Origin: Octopus bimaculoides
Lineage: Eukaryota
Assembly (NCBI RefSeq): GCF_001194135.2
Contig: NC_068990.1
Location: forward strand, 68,194,304 to 68,258,303
Length of the DNA: 64,000 nucleotides
Direction of reading: 5' to 3'
A program made the translations under genes and the position numbers. Shown here piece by piece: positions 48,251 through 61,960 of this stretch. A model generated the notes under the pieces. That model did not search any database. It had not been told where the DNA came from and was given only the letters and a program-made list of their open reading frames with translations. Positions within the stretch are counted from its first letter, which is position 1, and each line of letters starts with the position of its first letter.

Positions 48251-49132
48251 ACATGCGTGCCCACACACCCACGTACATGCGCCCATATATATATGTATAT
48301 ATATATATATATNNNNNNNNNNNNNNNNNNNNNNNNNNNNNNNNNNNNNNNNNNNNNNNNNNNNNNNNNNNNNNNNNNNNNNNNNNNNNNNNNNNNNNNN
48401 NNNNNNNNNNNNNNNNNNNNNNNNNNNNNNNNNNNNNNNNNNNNNNNNNNNNNNNNNNNNNNNNNNNNNNNNNNNNNNNNNNNNNNNNNNNNNNNNNNNN
48501 NNNNNNNNNNNNNNNNNNNNNNNNNNNNNNNNNNNNNNNNNNNNNNNNNNNNNNNNNNNNNNNNNNNNNNNNNNNNNNNNNNNNNNNNNNNNNNNNNNNN
48601 NNNNNNNNNNNNNNNNNNNNNNNNNNNNNNNNNNNNNNNNNNNNNNNNNNNNNNNNNNNNNNNNNNNNNNNNNNNNNNNNNNNNNNNNNNNNNNNNNNNN
48701 NNNNNNNNNNATATATATATGGAGCAGAAGAGGGGCAATAAATAGATTTATTTAATTTTTGTCTCAACTTAAAAAGCAAAACAAATACAAAACTAATGCT
48801 GTAACTATTGGTAATGGACATGATAGACGATTATTAGAACTTAAAGAAAGTGAGGAATTAGAAGTTCTAATATTCATGCCAATCGCAGTGGTATCGATAA
48901 AGAAAGAGAGGCATGCACACACCAATGTATGTGTCATTTATCTTTTACTAGTTTCAGGTATTGGACTCTTTAGTCGTACAAATTGATGCCAGTATTTTTA
49001 TTAAAGAGTGGTAATTATTCTATTAGGCCCTTCGGCTGAACTGCTATGCTATGGGCATGAAGCAAAGCAAATACCAGTTGCTAAACATTGGTGGGAATAA
49101 GCACAAACACACACACATTCTCTCCTCTCCGC

Positions 49133-49185
<53 letters not shown>

Positions 49186-49289
49186 NNNNNNNNNNACCTG
49201 ATATATATGTATATATATACATACACATATATATGTATAAATATACATATATGCTGATCTCAAACCTTATGAAGGAAATGACTGAGAAC

Positions 49290-49545
49290 CAAGATATCTG
49301 GTACATTGCTGTAACTCGAGAAAACTCACCCACCACAGCAGAATTGATACTAGTGCTGGTGCCACATAAAAAGCACTCAGTACACTCTGTAAAGTAGTTG
49401 GCATTTGGGAAGGCCATTCAGCCATAGAAACCATGCCAGAATAGACAATGTGTGACTCCTGGCAATGCCAGCTCCGGCCAGACTGTCCAGCCCTTGCCAG
49501 CATGAAAAATGGACATTAAATAATGTTGATGATATGATGTATACA
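49290..49545 (+). mobile_element. Family E repeat
   Basis: CTAGTGCTGGTGCCACATAAAAAGCAC ... TGCCAGCATGAAAAATGGACATTAAATAATG. Confidence 0.7.
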
Positions 49546-49559
49546 CAATGAACTTCCAG

Positions 49560-49700
49560 ATAGTTTCCATCTTCCACATTTCCTCACAGGGCATTGGTCA
49601 GTCTTGGACTAATGTTGAAAACCCTTGCCCAGTGTCACACAATGGGACTGAAACTGAAATCATATGGATGTAAAGCAAGCATCTTAACTCCACAGCCATA
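49560..49700 (-). mobile_element. SINE family A, 5' half
   Basis: CTTGCCCAGTGTCACACAATGGGACTGAAAC...CACAGCCAT. Confidence 0.65.
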
Positions 49701-50146
49701 AAGATGACTAATTACAAAAACATTGATATGTAGTTGGATTGAGAAAAAGGAACTTCAAGATTTAGAGAAAAAGAAAACATAAACACACATACACACACAC
49801 ACATATATATCAGTCACACATTTGCAATAAAGATGAAAAGTGAAAAACATAGAAATTATATTAGTACTCAAAACATAATTAATAATCTATAAAACCAAAC
49901 AAACAAACAAACAAACAAAACAAAGTGCATTAATATATTGCTATGCCAATAATAAGATAGTTTGACAAAGATAAGTGAATTAACAAGAAACACTATAAAA
50001 AAAAACATACAAAAAAATTAATGATAGAATTTAGAATTTATTATTGAAAATCTCTGACTGTGCCAGACTGTGTGTGTGTGTATGTTTGCACGCATGTGTG
50101 TGTATTTATGTGTGTGTGTATATATATGTGTGTGTGTTTGTATGCT

Positions 50147-50199
<53 letters not shown>

Positions 50200-50959
50200 N
50201 NNNNNNNNNNNNNNNNNNNNNNNNNNNNNNNNNNNNNNNNNNNNNNNNNNNNNNNNNNNNNNNNNNNNNNNNNNNNNNNNNNNNNNNNNNNNNNNNNNNN
50301 NNNNNNNNNNNNNNNNNNNNNNNNNNNNNNNNNNNNNNNNNNNNNNNNNNNNNNNNNNNNNNNNNNNNNNNNNNNNNNNNNNNNNNNNNNNNNNNNNNNN
50401 NNNNNNNNNNNNNNNNNNNNNNNNNNNNNNNNNNNNNNNNNNNNNNNNNNNNNNNNNNNNNNNNNNNNNNNNNNNNNNNNNNNNNNNNNNNNNNNNNNNN
50501 NNNNNNNNNNNNNNNNNNNNNNNNNNNNNNNNNNNNNNNNNNNNNNNNNNNNNNNNNNNNNNNNNNNNNNNNNNNNNNNNNNNNNNNNNNNNNNNNNNNN
50601 NNNNNNNNNNNNNNNNNNNNNNNNNNNNNNNNNNNNNNNNNNNNNNNNNNNNNNNNNNAAATCTGTTGTTGACACCAAAAACCCAAGATTAAAAGAGAGA
50701 AAACTGAAAGGTTTCCTGAACCTGGACAATGAAGAACTGTTTAGAAAGCAATGAAACAAGCAATGAGCAGTAGCATTTGGGGAATATGGGTGGGAGGGGC
50801 GGGGATGGTGGCAAGGAGTAGTGGTGATGATGGTGGTGAAGTGCTGAATGATGATAAAAAAAAAAAAGGATCAATTAGGTATATAAGCTTGATACGTCTA
50901 CTTTTAATGATCAATGAATATAGAAATCTGTTCATGATGTTAGTAAAGATGGTAAGCCA

Positions 50960-51046
50960 TTGTCATCGACATTGTCATTGTTCTTGTCATTGCTATCATC
51001 ATTTTATCATTTACATTGCATTATAATCATCATCATTGTGATTGAT

Positions 51047-51078
<32 letters not shown>

Positions 51079-51165
51079 TGTTATTGTCGCTGTTGTTAAC
51101 ATTATTACCGTTTTGTCATTGTATCATCATCATCACTGTTATCATTGTCATCATCATCATTTTAT
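50960..51165. repeat. Degenerate (CAT)n/(ATT)n trinucleotide repeat
   Basis: Direct observation. Confidence 0.85.
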
Positions 51166-51958
51166 TTGTAGTAACTGTAGGACACAGCAATGACTTATAA
51201 AGCATTTAATATACTTTATCATGATGTAACCTTAAGATGGGATTTAATAGCACTGCTAACACAGAAGAACACAATATTGACTTGTAAAATGTTTAATATA
51301 CTTTGCAGTATATTATGGTTGCATAACGAAATACGGTGTCCCTACAAGTCATTAACATTTTATTGGTGTCATTTTTATCATTATTGTTATTATCTTTATC
51401 ATTGTTGTCACTATCATCATTATCATCAACAACATCATTTTATGCTTATTTTCCATGCTGGCATACATTGGACATTTTCTTCACAACAGAACATGCCATC
51501 TTCCAAGCAGTTGATGAAAGAAAATCAATAAACTTTGGTGTTGCATATATTTTGCAGTATAGATGAGGTATATTTTATCATTTCATTGATGTCAGAAGGG
51601 TTGTCTCACATGCAGAAGACTGAAAGAGTCCCCTCAGCTTCCTATCAACTCTTGTGCAGAATTACTACCTTCCAAGAAAGGTAACCAATGATGCAGCTTC
51701 TGAAGTCCACATCTCATTCAAACAGTCCAATTTTAGAAGGTTTTCTTACCATCAACCAATTTACAGAATATACTAGGTCGCTTTTATCAAGCCATTAGTA
51801 CCAAAGTGACTGTCTTATACAAAGAGAGCAAAAGTGTCAATTCTAAGCTGTACTAATTCTTATGAAAAATTATTGCTCTCTAAGAGGGTTAACCTGCCAC
51901 ATGGCTCGAGGACAAGTGAAGTCATATGTTACATTGCTGTAGCAGAGGAAGGGCTGGA

Positions 51959-52162
51959 CTCTTTAGCCTTCAGATTACTGCTTGTTTATTCACATTGTTT
52001 TGAATTATGCATTATTTCACAGCTTTAAGATTTCAATAATATGATTGTTTAGTTTTAAACCAACATTATATGGTAGATGTAAGAGGCTGGATCTGACCAG
52101 TTTGAACATAAAACATATGTAGAACATCTTGGCTGGACGTGATTGGTTGAAAAGCTAAAGGT
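51959..52162. mobile_element. Second piggyBac-like MITE family, diverged
   Basis: CTCTTTAGC / GCTAAAGGT termini, right flank TTAA (52163-52166); left TSD eroded. Confidence 0.5.
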
Positions 52163-52788
52163 TTAACTACCAGATAGGCAGATGCATAGCAGTGATCTTG
52201 TGTTGTCTGGTATTCCATATTTAGCTGAAGCTGATGCAATATGCTTCATCTCCTGTAATGAAATATTTGTCTTCATTTAAATCCATTGCATCAGTAGTCT
52301 TTCATTTGTTTTCTATTGGCAATAAAACCAAACAAAACTGACTTGTGAGACAACATTGAAAGCAAAATGAGAAGAGAAGCTAAATGTTTCCCAAAACTAT
52401 GTTGATTCTAAAATAATTTGTAATAGTGGAGAGAACTAGCAATGGGAGTCTAAGGTTGACTCCAGGACACAATGAGAAAGGTATTAAGCTTTTATGGTGG
52501 AGTTTGTTGAGCATTAAGTCTATGTTTATTAAGGATGGAGTTGGAAATAAAATGGATGAGAGACAGAAAAATGTATAAAGTCCATTGTGAAAGAAGCTTA
52601 CTTCTGAACCATGTGATAACTTTGTGAAGTGTTTTCTACTATAGCCCCGGGCTTTATGAGTGAATTTGGTAAACAGAAATGAGAGAAGCCCATCAAATGC
52701 ACTAATACATAACAAAATCAGTATCAACAAATTCTGTTTGACCCATGCAAACATGGGAAAGTGGACGTTAAATGATGATGGTGTGTGT

Positions 52789-53022
52789 TATTTCTTTACT
52801 ACCCACAAGGGGCTACACACAGAGGGGACAAACAAAGACAGACAAATGGATTAAGTCGATTATATTGACGCCAGTGCGTAACTGGTACTTATTTAATCGA
52901 CTCCAAAAGGATGAAAGGCAAAGTCGACCTTGGCAGAATTTGAACTCAGAACGTAGCGGCAGACGAAATACCGCTAAGCATTTCGTCCAGCGTGCTAACG
53001 TTTCTGCCAACTCGCCGCCTTC
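52789..53022 (-). mobile_element. SINE family B (tail variant 1), young full-length copy inserted at the end of an A-head/E-tail repeat
   Basis: Reverse complement of 14033-14261; 17-bp TSD ATGATGATGGTGTGTGT/ATGATGATAGTGTGTGT (52772-52788, 53023-53039). Confidence 0.9.
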
Positions 53023-53029
53023 ATGATGA

Positions 53030-53070
<41 letters not shown>

Positions 53071-54039
53071 TGTTGAAATGTTAATGTTCTGTATTTGTGT
53101 GAAAATCCTTTGAGCTACAAACGTTGAAGGTCATTGTCATTCCCTGCCAGTAAATCGTCTGCTAGTGTTATGCTTTCAAAGATATGTGGAATAAAAAGAA
53201 ATCTCTCATTTGAGAAACAAGTGTTGGTGATGGGAAGAGCATGTTGCTGTAAAAATTATGCTTCAATAATATGAATTCATCTAATGAATGCTAGTATTGG
53301 AGAAATGGATGTAAAATAAATAATACATATATGTACTTTTCGTTTTTCCTACCTTCCACTTATATACTTCCTGTTCTACATTCTGTCATGTGCAGCTACT
53401 TCTATCACCTTCATTTTTCTCCTTCTGTGTGCTCTCCTTATTTTCTTCTTTCACAAGAAATAAAAACAGATCTTCTTTTGTTGTCTTAGTGTTGTACGTG
53501 TCGTAGTGTAATTTTCTTTCTTCATATTTTCTTATGTTCTTCTCTCACTTCTCTCCCAAGAACAGCTCATATACATAGCTATACACACATACACTTCTAC
53601 CGCACCCTCCACTTGCCTTCCATTTCATCTCACACTCACATCTACTTCCACACCCCTCACCTATCTCTTATGCATGCATGTATGTAGAAAAGTTTCACCT
53701 GTGAACAATTTATTACAGAAAAACAGATGGTAGAAACATTTATAATAGCAACCATATAAATGAGACATATCTGTGTTTCTAAAGAATAACTAAAACAAAC
53801 TATTACAATATCATTGTGAGGGACAATGAAAAAAATTGTATATTTTCAATGATCTCAACTTTTGAAATTATAGAATATTTTACCAAATGAATTTGAGAAA
53901 ATGTATAAAAACAATGGTTTAGAATTATGCAGAATAATGTCAGCTTCTAATCTCCATATTGTGATGTAGATGTGACCAAGAGGAAACAGCCTAAAAATCT
54001 AAATTAAAACATAAGTATCAAAACTCTGAGCATTTTGTG

Positions 54040-54245
54040 AGTGTGTGTGTGTGTGACCACCACTTGACAATTGGTGTTGGGTACATATGTCCCTATAACT
54101 TAGTGATTCAGCAAAAGAGACTAATAGAATAAGTACCAGGCTTAAAAAGAAAATAAGTACTGAGGTCGATTAGTTCAACAAAGACTCCTCAAGGAAGTGC
54201 CCCAGCATGGCAGCAGTATAATGACTGAAACTAGTAAAAGATGAA
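54040..54245 (+). mobile_element. SINE family A, 3' half
   Basis: CACCACTTGACAATTGG...AATAAGTACCAGG...CCCCAGCATGG...CTAGTAAAAG. Confidence 0.75.
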
Positions 54246-54346
54246 AGATGGAAGATCCTGGATTTATTCTTAGTAGCATTACAAAGAATGGAAGCAATTA
54301 TTGATCGATTAATCACTGCATCTTTCAGACCAAATAAGATAGTAAA

Positions 54347-54388
<42 letters not shown>

Positions 54389-55023
54389 GGAAAATATAAG
54401 TACCCCAGACTCATCATTATTTAATCTCCATGTTCCAAATTGACATAGGTTGGATGGTTTAGCAGAATCCAATATGTCCAAGGACTGCATTGAGCTCCAA
54501 TGTCTGCTTTGGCATGATTTTTATGGCTGGATGCCCTTCCTAATGCCAACAATATTATAGCATGGATGCACTCACACACACACACCTATTGAATATTTTG
54601 TCTCAACACTCAGGATGCTACTGAAAAATCTCCCATATTTTACACAGTCATTGGTGTGATGTTAATGAAGTTATGCAGGTGCTAATGTGATATATTCATG
54701 TAGCTAACGTTTCATCTGCCTCTTTTTTCTGTTACCATTATATTTGCATCAGTGCACATCTTGCTTTCACTATTGAAATTTCTATCAAGAATGGTAAAAA
54801 GTGGTGGTGTGTATTTTTGTCACACTCTGTATTATGTTGAAGGAGTGTAATCTGGGTGTAATTATTCCTCCTCTCGCTATTTACTATGGTTGGAAATCAC
54901 AAGGTGGAAGGAAGAAGCCAGTGAACAAGTTTATTTTTGAATTGAACTTGGATTGCTAGTAACATTTCATTTATCAATGGTATTCAAACAATTATGCACA
55001 TAAACAATTCCTATATAGATATG

Positions 55024-55077
<54 letters not shown>

Positions 55078-56541
55078 TACACCCAAAACTATGCTAATAG
55101 CTTAGGAGTGAAATTTAGGATGTCTTGGTTTTTTGTGAATTGGTTTTGATATAAATTTTCCTGGCTGGTTTGCACATTGTAGCAACACCATTGTTATGTT
55201 TTCATTATTCTGTGTAATGTCCTTTCATTTTTATTTCAGATTCTTCAGTTTTTGGGTGAACTACACTAATAGTTTTTAAATGAAAATAGCCCATCTAGAC
55301 ATTTGTTTTCAGAAAATGAAGGGTAATAATACATATTAAGCATACATTGAGTATAAATTTAACAGAAAACTGTAATAATATTATGACATTTATTGTCATA
55401 ATGAATTATTTAGCCACATGAGCACCAAGGAAGATATGATCTGATTGTGAGACTTCTAAGACTGTGACAGCTAGGGATTTAAGGGATATTGGCTGCAAGT
55501 TATGTGGGAAACCTGGACAAACAAGCAAAGCCGTTTTCACCACCTCCGGACTTCCTCACATCCTCAGGACCATGGGCTTCCATGCAAGAATGCCTGAAAC
55601 TGTCTCCTCTCAGGGGTTTGAGGCATCAATAAGCCCAAAAGTACATGATGTTAGACATGAGTTGTCTTCTGTTCACTGACAAAACCAAGGCAACCCTTGG
55701 CAAACCTGACAGTTGAGCAAATGGTTGGATCCATTTTGGAGATGAGTGTCACCAACGTTTACGATGTCAACAACAGGGTGGAAGAATCATGTCGTGGGCT
55801 AGTATCATTGGGGACAGCCTTGTTGGCCCAGTTAGGGTGTCTGAAGAGGTTAAAGTGACTGCAGCTACCTATTGCAATCTCTTGAAGGAGGTCTCAGATC
55901 CCTGGCTAGATGATATATTGTTGTCACTTCTGAGGATCTCATATTCATGCATGACAATGCTCCGTCCCACTCTGCTAGGACCACCTAAACATTCCTAGGA
56001 TCTTATGGTATACAAGGTGAAAGGTCTAGATCTCAACCCTATCAAAAATTTTTGGTCCATCATTAAACAAGATATTTATGCTGATGGATGCCAATTTACT
56101 TCAAAAGATGTTTTTTATGGGTGACCCTCAAAGCTGCAGCAGAGGCAGTCCAACCGGCTGCTATTAAGAAATTGGCAGATTCCATGACTAATAGGGTTTT
56201 TGAAGTTATCTGTCGAAATGGTGCTCATGTGGTTAAATAATTCATTATGTCAATAAATGTTATAATATTATTATGGTTTTCTGTTAAATATATACTCAAT
56301 GTATGCTTAACACGTATCATTACCCTTCATTTTCTGAAAAAATAATGTCTAGATGGGCTATTTTCATTCAAAAGCTATTAGCATGGCTCACCCAAAAACT
56401 GAAAAATCTGAAATGATGAAAACATAAAATGGTGTTGCCATAGTATGCAAAGCAGCTGGGTAAGTCTTATCAAAATTGATTTGCAGAAAACCGAGAAATC
56501 CTAAATTTCACTCCTAAGCTATTAGTGTGGTTCTGGATGTA
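55078..56541 (+). mobile_element. Tc1-like DNA transposon with long TIRs and a decayed transposase (TRT/DD37E-like)
   Basis: TIRs about 55078-55426 and 56220-56541 in TA context; fragments TARDLRDI, AQKYM..LLFTDKTKATL (first D), FMHDNAPSHSA (second D), DLNPIKNFWSIIK, SMTNRVFEVICRNG; stops and frameshifts. Confidence 0.9.
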
Positions 56542-56677
56542 TATATGTCTATCAGAGGGGTGAATCCTGTAACCGTGCTTGTCCCCTCTTAACCATACAG
56601 CTATACCTGTACCAAAGCATGAAATAAGAAGAGTGAAAGAAACTATATACACCTTAAAATATTGAGAATTTACCAAT

Positions 56678-57091
56678 TACTCTTTTACTCTTTTACTTGT
56701 TTCAGTCATTTGACTGTGGCCATGCTGGAGCACCACCTTTAATCGAGCAAATCGACCCCAGGACTTATTCTTTGGAAACCTAGTACTTATTCTATCGGTC
56801 TCTTTTGCCGAACCGCTAAGTTACGGGGACATAAACACACCAGCATCGGTTGTCAAGCGATGTTGGGGGGACAAACCCAGACACACAAACATACACACAC
56901 ACACATATATATATATATACATATATACGACGGGCTTCTTTCAGTTTCCGTCTACCAAATCCACTCACAAGGCTTTGGTCGACCTGAGACTATAGTAGAA
57001 GACACTTGCCCAAGGTACCACACAGTGGGAATGAACCCAGAACCATGTGGTTGGTAAGCAAGCTACTTACCACACAGCCACTCCTGCGCCT
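56678..57091 (-). mobile_element. SINE family A, young full-length copy
   Basis: CpG-rich, complete; reverse complement starts GGCGCAGGAGTGGCTGTGTGGTAAG and ends in (AAAAGAGT)n. Confidence 0.92.
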
Positions 57092-57123
57092 GGGAACTAA
57101 TGTAGCAATAATGATGGTTAGAA

Positions 57124-57312
57124 GGCAGTGAGCTGGCAGAATCATTAGCACACCAGGCAAAATGCTTAGTAGCATTTCATCCATCTTCACATTCTGAGTT
57201 CAGATTTTGCTGAGGTTGACGTTGATTTTCATCCTTTCAGAGTCGATAAAATAAATATCAGGTGAATACTGGGGTCAATGTAATTGACTTTCTCCCTTGC
57301 CCCAAATTTGAA
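57124..57312 (+). mobile_element. SINE family B (tail variant 2), diverged
   Basis: GGCAGTGAGCTGGCAGAATCATTAGCAC head and central block. Confidence 0.75.
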
Positions 57313-57317
57313 ACTAA

Positions 57318-57413
57318 TAAATTAATGATGGTTATGATGACTAAATTAATGATGATTATGATGACTAAATTAATGATGATTATAATGATTAAATCAATGG
57401 TGATTGTGATGAT
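57318..57413. repeat. 24-bp minisatellite, about 4 units (TAAATTAATGATGATTATGATGAC)
   Basis: Direct observation; units decay rightwards. Confidence 0.85.
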
Positions 57414-59096
57414 GACAGCAATAATAAAATTGATTTTATAATTAGAGAGGAAGTCATATATAAAGGAAATGAAGTTTTGTAGCATTCCCAGTTTTTCCAT
57501 GTGTAGACATCTACATTATACAATTCCGTTCAGGAAGGAAAGCTAGCTTTCAATAACATTGTGTTAAGAATTATAATCACAAATTAGTATCTACTGCAAA
57601 TGTGGAGACTCTACATGATCATGTAATCTGCTAACAACAGCAGCCAAATTTCTTTCAAATTGCATCTTACTGTCTTAAAAAAAAATGGGCCAGAAATATT
57701 GAACAAGGTTATCACTGTTACACATCAAAGTGAGATGATCATTAATAGAGCAGTTTGATTACAGATATACTTGATAAAAGCAAACCTGGGGTTAAACAAT
57801 AATTTTCTGAAAATGACTAGGTCAGTTGAACCAACAAATACATTACTGGTATTTTATTGAACCCAGTGGGAAGAAATACTAAATAAAGGCTAGGATAATT
57901 TGAACTTGTAATACTTAGACTTTGAATAAGATTGGTGAAGCTTCTAAACTGTCTCAATACCACCAGAATTATCTTTAATATCCTTGTGATATATTTCCTT
58001 CATTTCTCAGGAGAGATGTAATGGAATGACTCTATATCTATGTATTTATTGAGACTGTTAATAACATACGGAAACCTTTCCAACTAGTCAATGAAACTGG
58101 ATTTAGAGCATGGTCTGTTAAGAGCACATCTTCAAGTCTTTAGACTTGTTACTATATTATAATAATTGTAGCAACAGAAACAATAACAGAAATACAAATA
58201 TACTAAAAGGGTATTTTTCTGGGGTTTTTTTGCTTTAAGAAAGAAATAAGTTATTTCATGCAAATATGCTAAAAAGAATAAAATAACAAATGCTCTCATT
58301 TCTGATATCACTTTTCGTAATTGCAGTATCTGTTCAATAAGTCATAGAGGAGAGGATAAACTAGATATGAAATAATTGTCTTTGTCACATATATAACTAA
58401 GTGAAGTAGTGGCAATTCAGAGTAAATGCTAGGCTATAGGTTTGGCTTGTTGAGATTGCAGTATTACTACTCCAAGAAAGGACTTCCACAAAATACTGCA
58501 ACTGTGCCAATTCCATTTCCTTTTTGTTTTTATTCATTCCAAGGAAGATTTTTACTGAGAATGGAAAAAGGAATCATTTGGGATATGCTCTCTCTCTCTG
58601 TTCTGCCTTTTGTCTCTTTTCTCTCCCTCTTTTTTTTATCTCTCTCTCTCCCTCTCTGTCTCTTCCCCACTCTTCCCCACTACCCTCTCTCCCTTACCTT
58701 GAGCAACAGCTGTACTAATAAAAATTCAAGAAAAAATACCTCCAGCTTTCTTTTCCCCAAATTATTATTTATTATATATCAAAAGCCTCTTATTCAATAT
58801 AAGCAATATATGGGAGAACTGTAGATGTAGGAAAATTGGAAGCTATTCCCAAACAGGGAGGACAAAGATTTTCTGTTGCAACAACTAATATGATATAGTA
58901 TACAATTTCCATGGGAATTATGGCAAAGAAACAATCAGCCTAAATCTTAGCTTCTATAACCTAAGGAATTGTAGATCATTTCTATATCTAGCTGAAAACA
59001 GAAGCCATGACTCATCTATGCAAATATTTAGTCCCAGGGGGAACCAAGAAAGAAAGAAAATGATGTTTTCATGTTTATTTGTTATACACAGACGAT

Positions 59097-59250
59097 GCAG
59101 GTATGGTTGTGAGGTAAGAAGTTTGCTTCCCAAACACATGGCTTCGGTTTCAGTCCCACTCTATGGCACCTTGGTTGGGTATCTTCTACTACAGCCCTGA
59201 CTGGTAAAAGATTTGTGAGTGAATTTGGTAAACAAAAACAGAAATAAGCC
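59097..59250 (+). mobile_element. SINE family A, 5' half
   Basis: GCAGGTATGGTTGTGAGGTAAG...GGCACCTTGG...GATTTGTGAGTGAATTTGGTA. Confidence 0.7.
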
Positions 59251-59879
59251 TATAAAGTACATACATATGCATATATCAAACCTACAGAAGATTTAAGATT
59301 GAACTACTCTAAGTTTAATGCTTATGACAATACTGTAGCCAGGCAAACTTGTATAGCATGTTGTGTACTATTGGGAAATCTTTCAGACTCAAAATACAAC
59401 ATGGCTGCTCCCTTAGAAAAAGTGAGGAAGGATGAAAAGGAATGGGAGAAAAGGGGCATGTGACAAAAGGAGATAACAGAATAGGAGCATAAACTGAAAG
59501 GAGATAAGATTTACATCCCTTTGGTCTATTACAGTGGGATTTAGCAATGGTTAGAGGAGTTAATTTGATGGAGAAAGGTTTAAGTTTGAGAGCCAGTATG
59601 ATCAATCTGGAGAGGGTAGTATTCTCCAGTTCAATATTGGAAACATATCCAGGTGCTTGCATTTAGTAAAAATTTCAGATCTAAGATTGAGTAGGTCATA
59701 GGAGTTTTACACTTTCTTATCCCCTGATTGCTTTTCTCTTTTTCCATTCAAATGTTAATGTTAAGGTAATTCTGTATTTGTTAAACTTAACCCACCTGTG
59801 GTGTCATTTTTTTAATTTCTCATAGGCTTTTACAATATATTTACATACATACATATATACATATATATGTTTATATATA

Positions 59880-59926
<47 letters not shown>

Positions 59927-60187
59927 NNNNNNNNNNNNNNNNNNNNNNNNNNNNNNNNNNNNNNNNNNNNNNNNNNNNNNNNNNNNNNNNNNNNNNNNNN
60001 NNNNNNNNNNNNNNNNNNNNNNNNNNNNNNNNNNNNNNNNNNNNNNNNNNNNNNNNNNNNNNNNNNNNNNNNNNNNNNNNNNNNNNNNNNNNNNNNNNNN
60101 NNNNNNNNCTTTTTGAATTTATATATATATATACATATATATATGTGTGTGTATATATATATGTATATATATATCTATATCTATCTA

Positions 60188-60228
<41 letters not shown>

Positions 60229-60231
<3 letters not shown>

Positions 60232-60420
60232 CTGTGCGTGAGAAGACCCGGCAAGCCAAGTGAGACCTAAATCTAAGGCCTCAGCCAGTCCACTTATGCG
60301 TACCTTCCTTCATTGGACACCAAACTCCACTTGCGATGTATTCGTTTAATGCTTGGGAAGTGAGAAAGTCTTATGTTTCGAGCCTATGCTCTTTGACAGA
60401 AAGGATCACAGAAATAAACG
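60229..60420 (-). mobile_element. Interspersed repeat fragment with a degenerate hammerhead-like motif (Penelope-like end, tentative)
   Basis: GC-richer segment between microsatellites; 60368-60404 reads CCUUU-CUGUCAA-A-GAGC(auag)GCUC-GAAAC-AUA-AGA on the minus strand. Confidence 0.45.
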
Positions 60421-60554
60421 GAGAGAGAGAATAAAATGAGGGAGAGACGATAAAAAAATAAAAAAAGTTTAGTGGCTAACGATCTATGATATACATATAT
60501 ATTATAAATGTACATGCATGTGTATATATACTGATACAAGTATATATTATATAT

Positions 60555-60591
<37 letters not shown>

Positions 60592-60624
60592 AATACATAC
60601 ACAGGCACGCGCATATATGCGTAT

Positions 60625-60658
<34 letters not shown>

Positions 60659-61419
60659 ATATTAGGTATATTTTAATTTTTCTGATTCATGCTGTTTTGA
60701 ACATAAAAAACATTTAGCTTAATTAATGTCGAGTTAACCAAGCACAAATCTGCAAATTAGGCTAGCCAATATAGTGCTGCTAAATCTGAAGACTGCTTTA
60801 TATAAGAAATGAATGTTCTAAATTATTGAATGGGGAAATAATTGTGGTACATCTTCTGTGAGGAGGAGCCAATTACTCAAAATATTCTCTTCTAGAGGAT
60901 TCCCTATAAACATTTATGAATGTTAGAAGCTGACAAAGAATGTGTTTAGTTTATATTTCAGCCAAAGCAAGACTCTGCTATACTAAATCATATTTATATT
61001 TTCCTGAATCATGTTGATTACTTTATTTGCTTATCCCAAAAGACTTAAAGGTAAATTTGACCTCAACTGTAAATGAACATTATGAGTGATGAGTCATAAT
61101 GGTTACTGCATGACATTCTGTCCAATGTTTAATGATTTTGCCTGTTTGAAATATATATCAATAAATCAATGTTGTTACACACGCACATACCCCATATATA
61201 AATATACATATATATGTATCTATGTGCAGGCTCATATGTATGTGTAAGTATCATCATCATCATCACATTAACATAATTAACTATGTATCAGCCCATACGT
61301 AGATATATATATATATATATGCATAAATATATCAATATATATGCACTCATATATATGAATAAATGTGTGTCATGTGTGTGTGTTTATGTAATATGAGGAT
61401 ACATATAAATATATAGATA

Positions 61420-61671
61420 AATTCACCAACATGTATATTTATGTATATATATATACATATATATATATATATTCATACATATGTATAATTATACGTACAT
61501 ATGTATGTAGATTTACAGATACATATATATATATACATATACATATGTGTACATATATGTAAATACATGTACGTACATATATATATATATATATATATGC
61601 ACATATATGCATAAATATACATGCATATATATATATATATATACATATACGTACATGTACATATATTTATA

Positions 61672-61710
<39 letters not shown>

Positions 61711-61805
61711 ATATGTATATATATATGCATATATATACATGCATATATATATCTATTTATATATATGTATACATATATATGTATATGTATAAATATATAT
61801 ATATA

Positions 61806-61880
<75 letters not shown>

Positions 61881-61913
61881 GGGAGAAGGAATGAGAGAGG
61901 GAGAGAGAGCCAG

Positions 61914-61947
<34 letters not shown>

Positions 61948-61960
61948 GTATATGCATATG
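61420..61960. repeat. Compound microsatellite (TA/CA)n-(GA)n-(CA)n
   Basis: Direct observation; source of several spurious long ORFs. Confidence 0.95.

Noticed and set aside
59315-59662. 115-aa minus ORF with faint resemblance to a Penelope GIY-YIG C-terminus
   Set aside because: Similarity too weak to support by eye.
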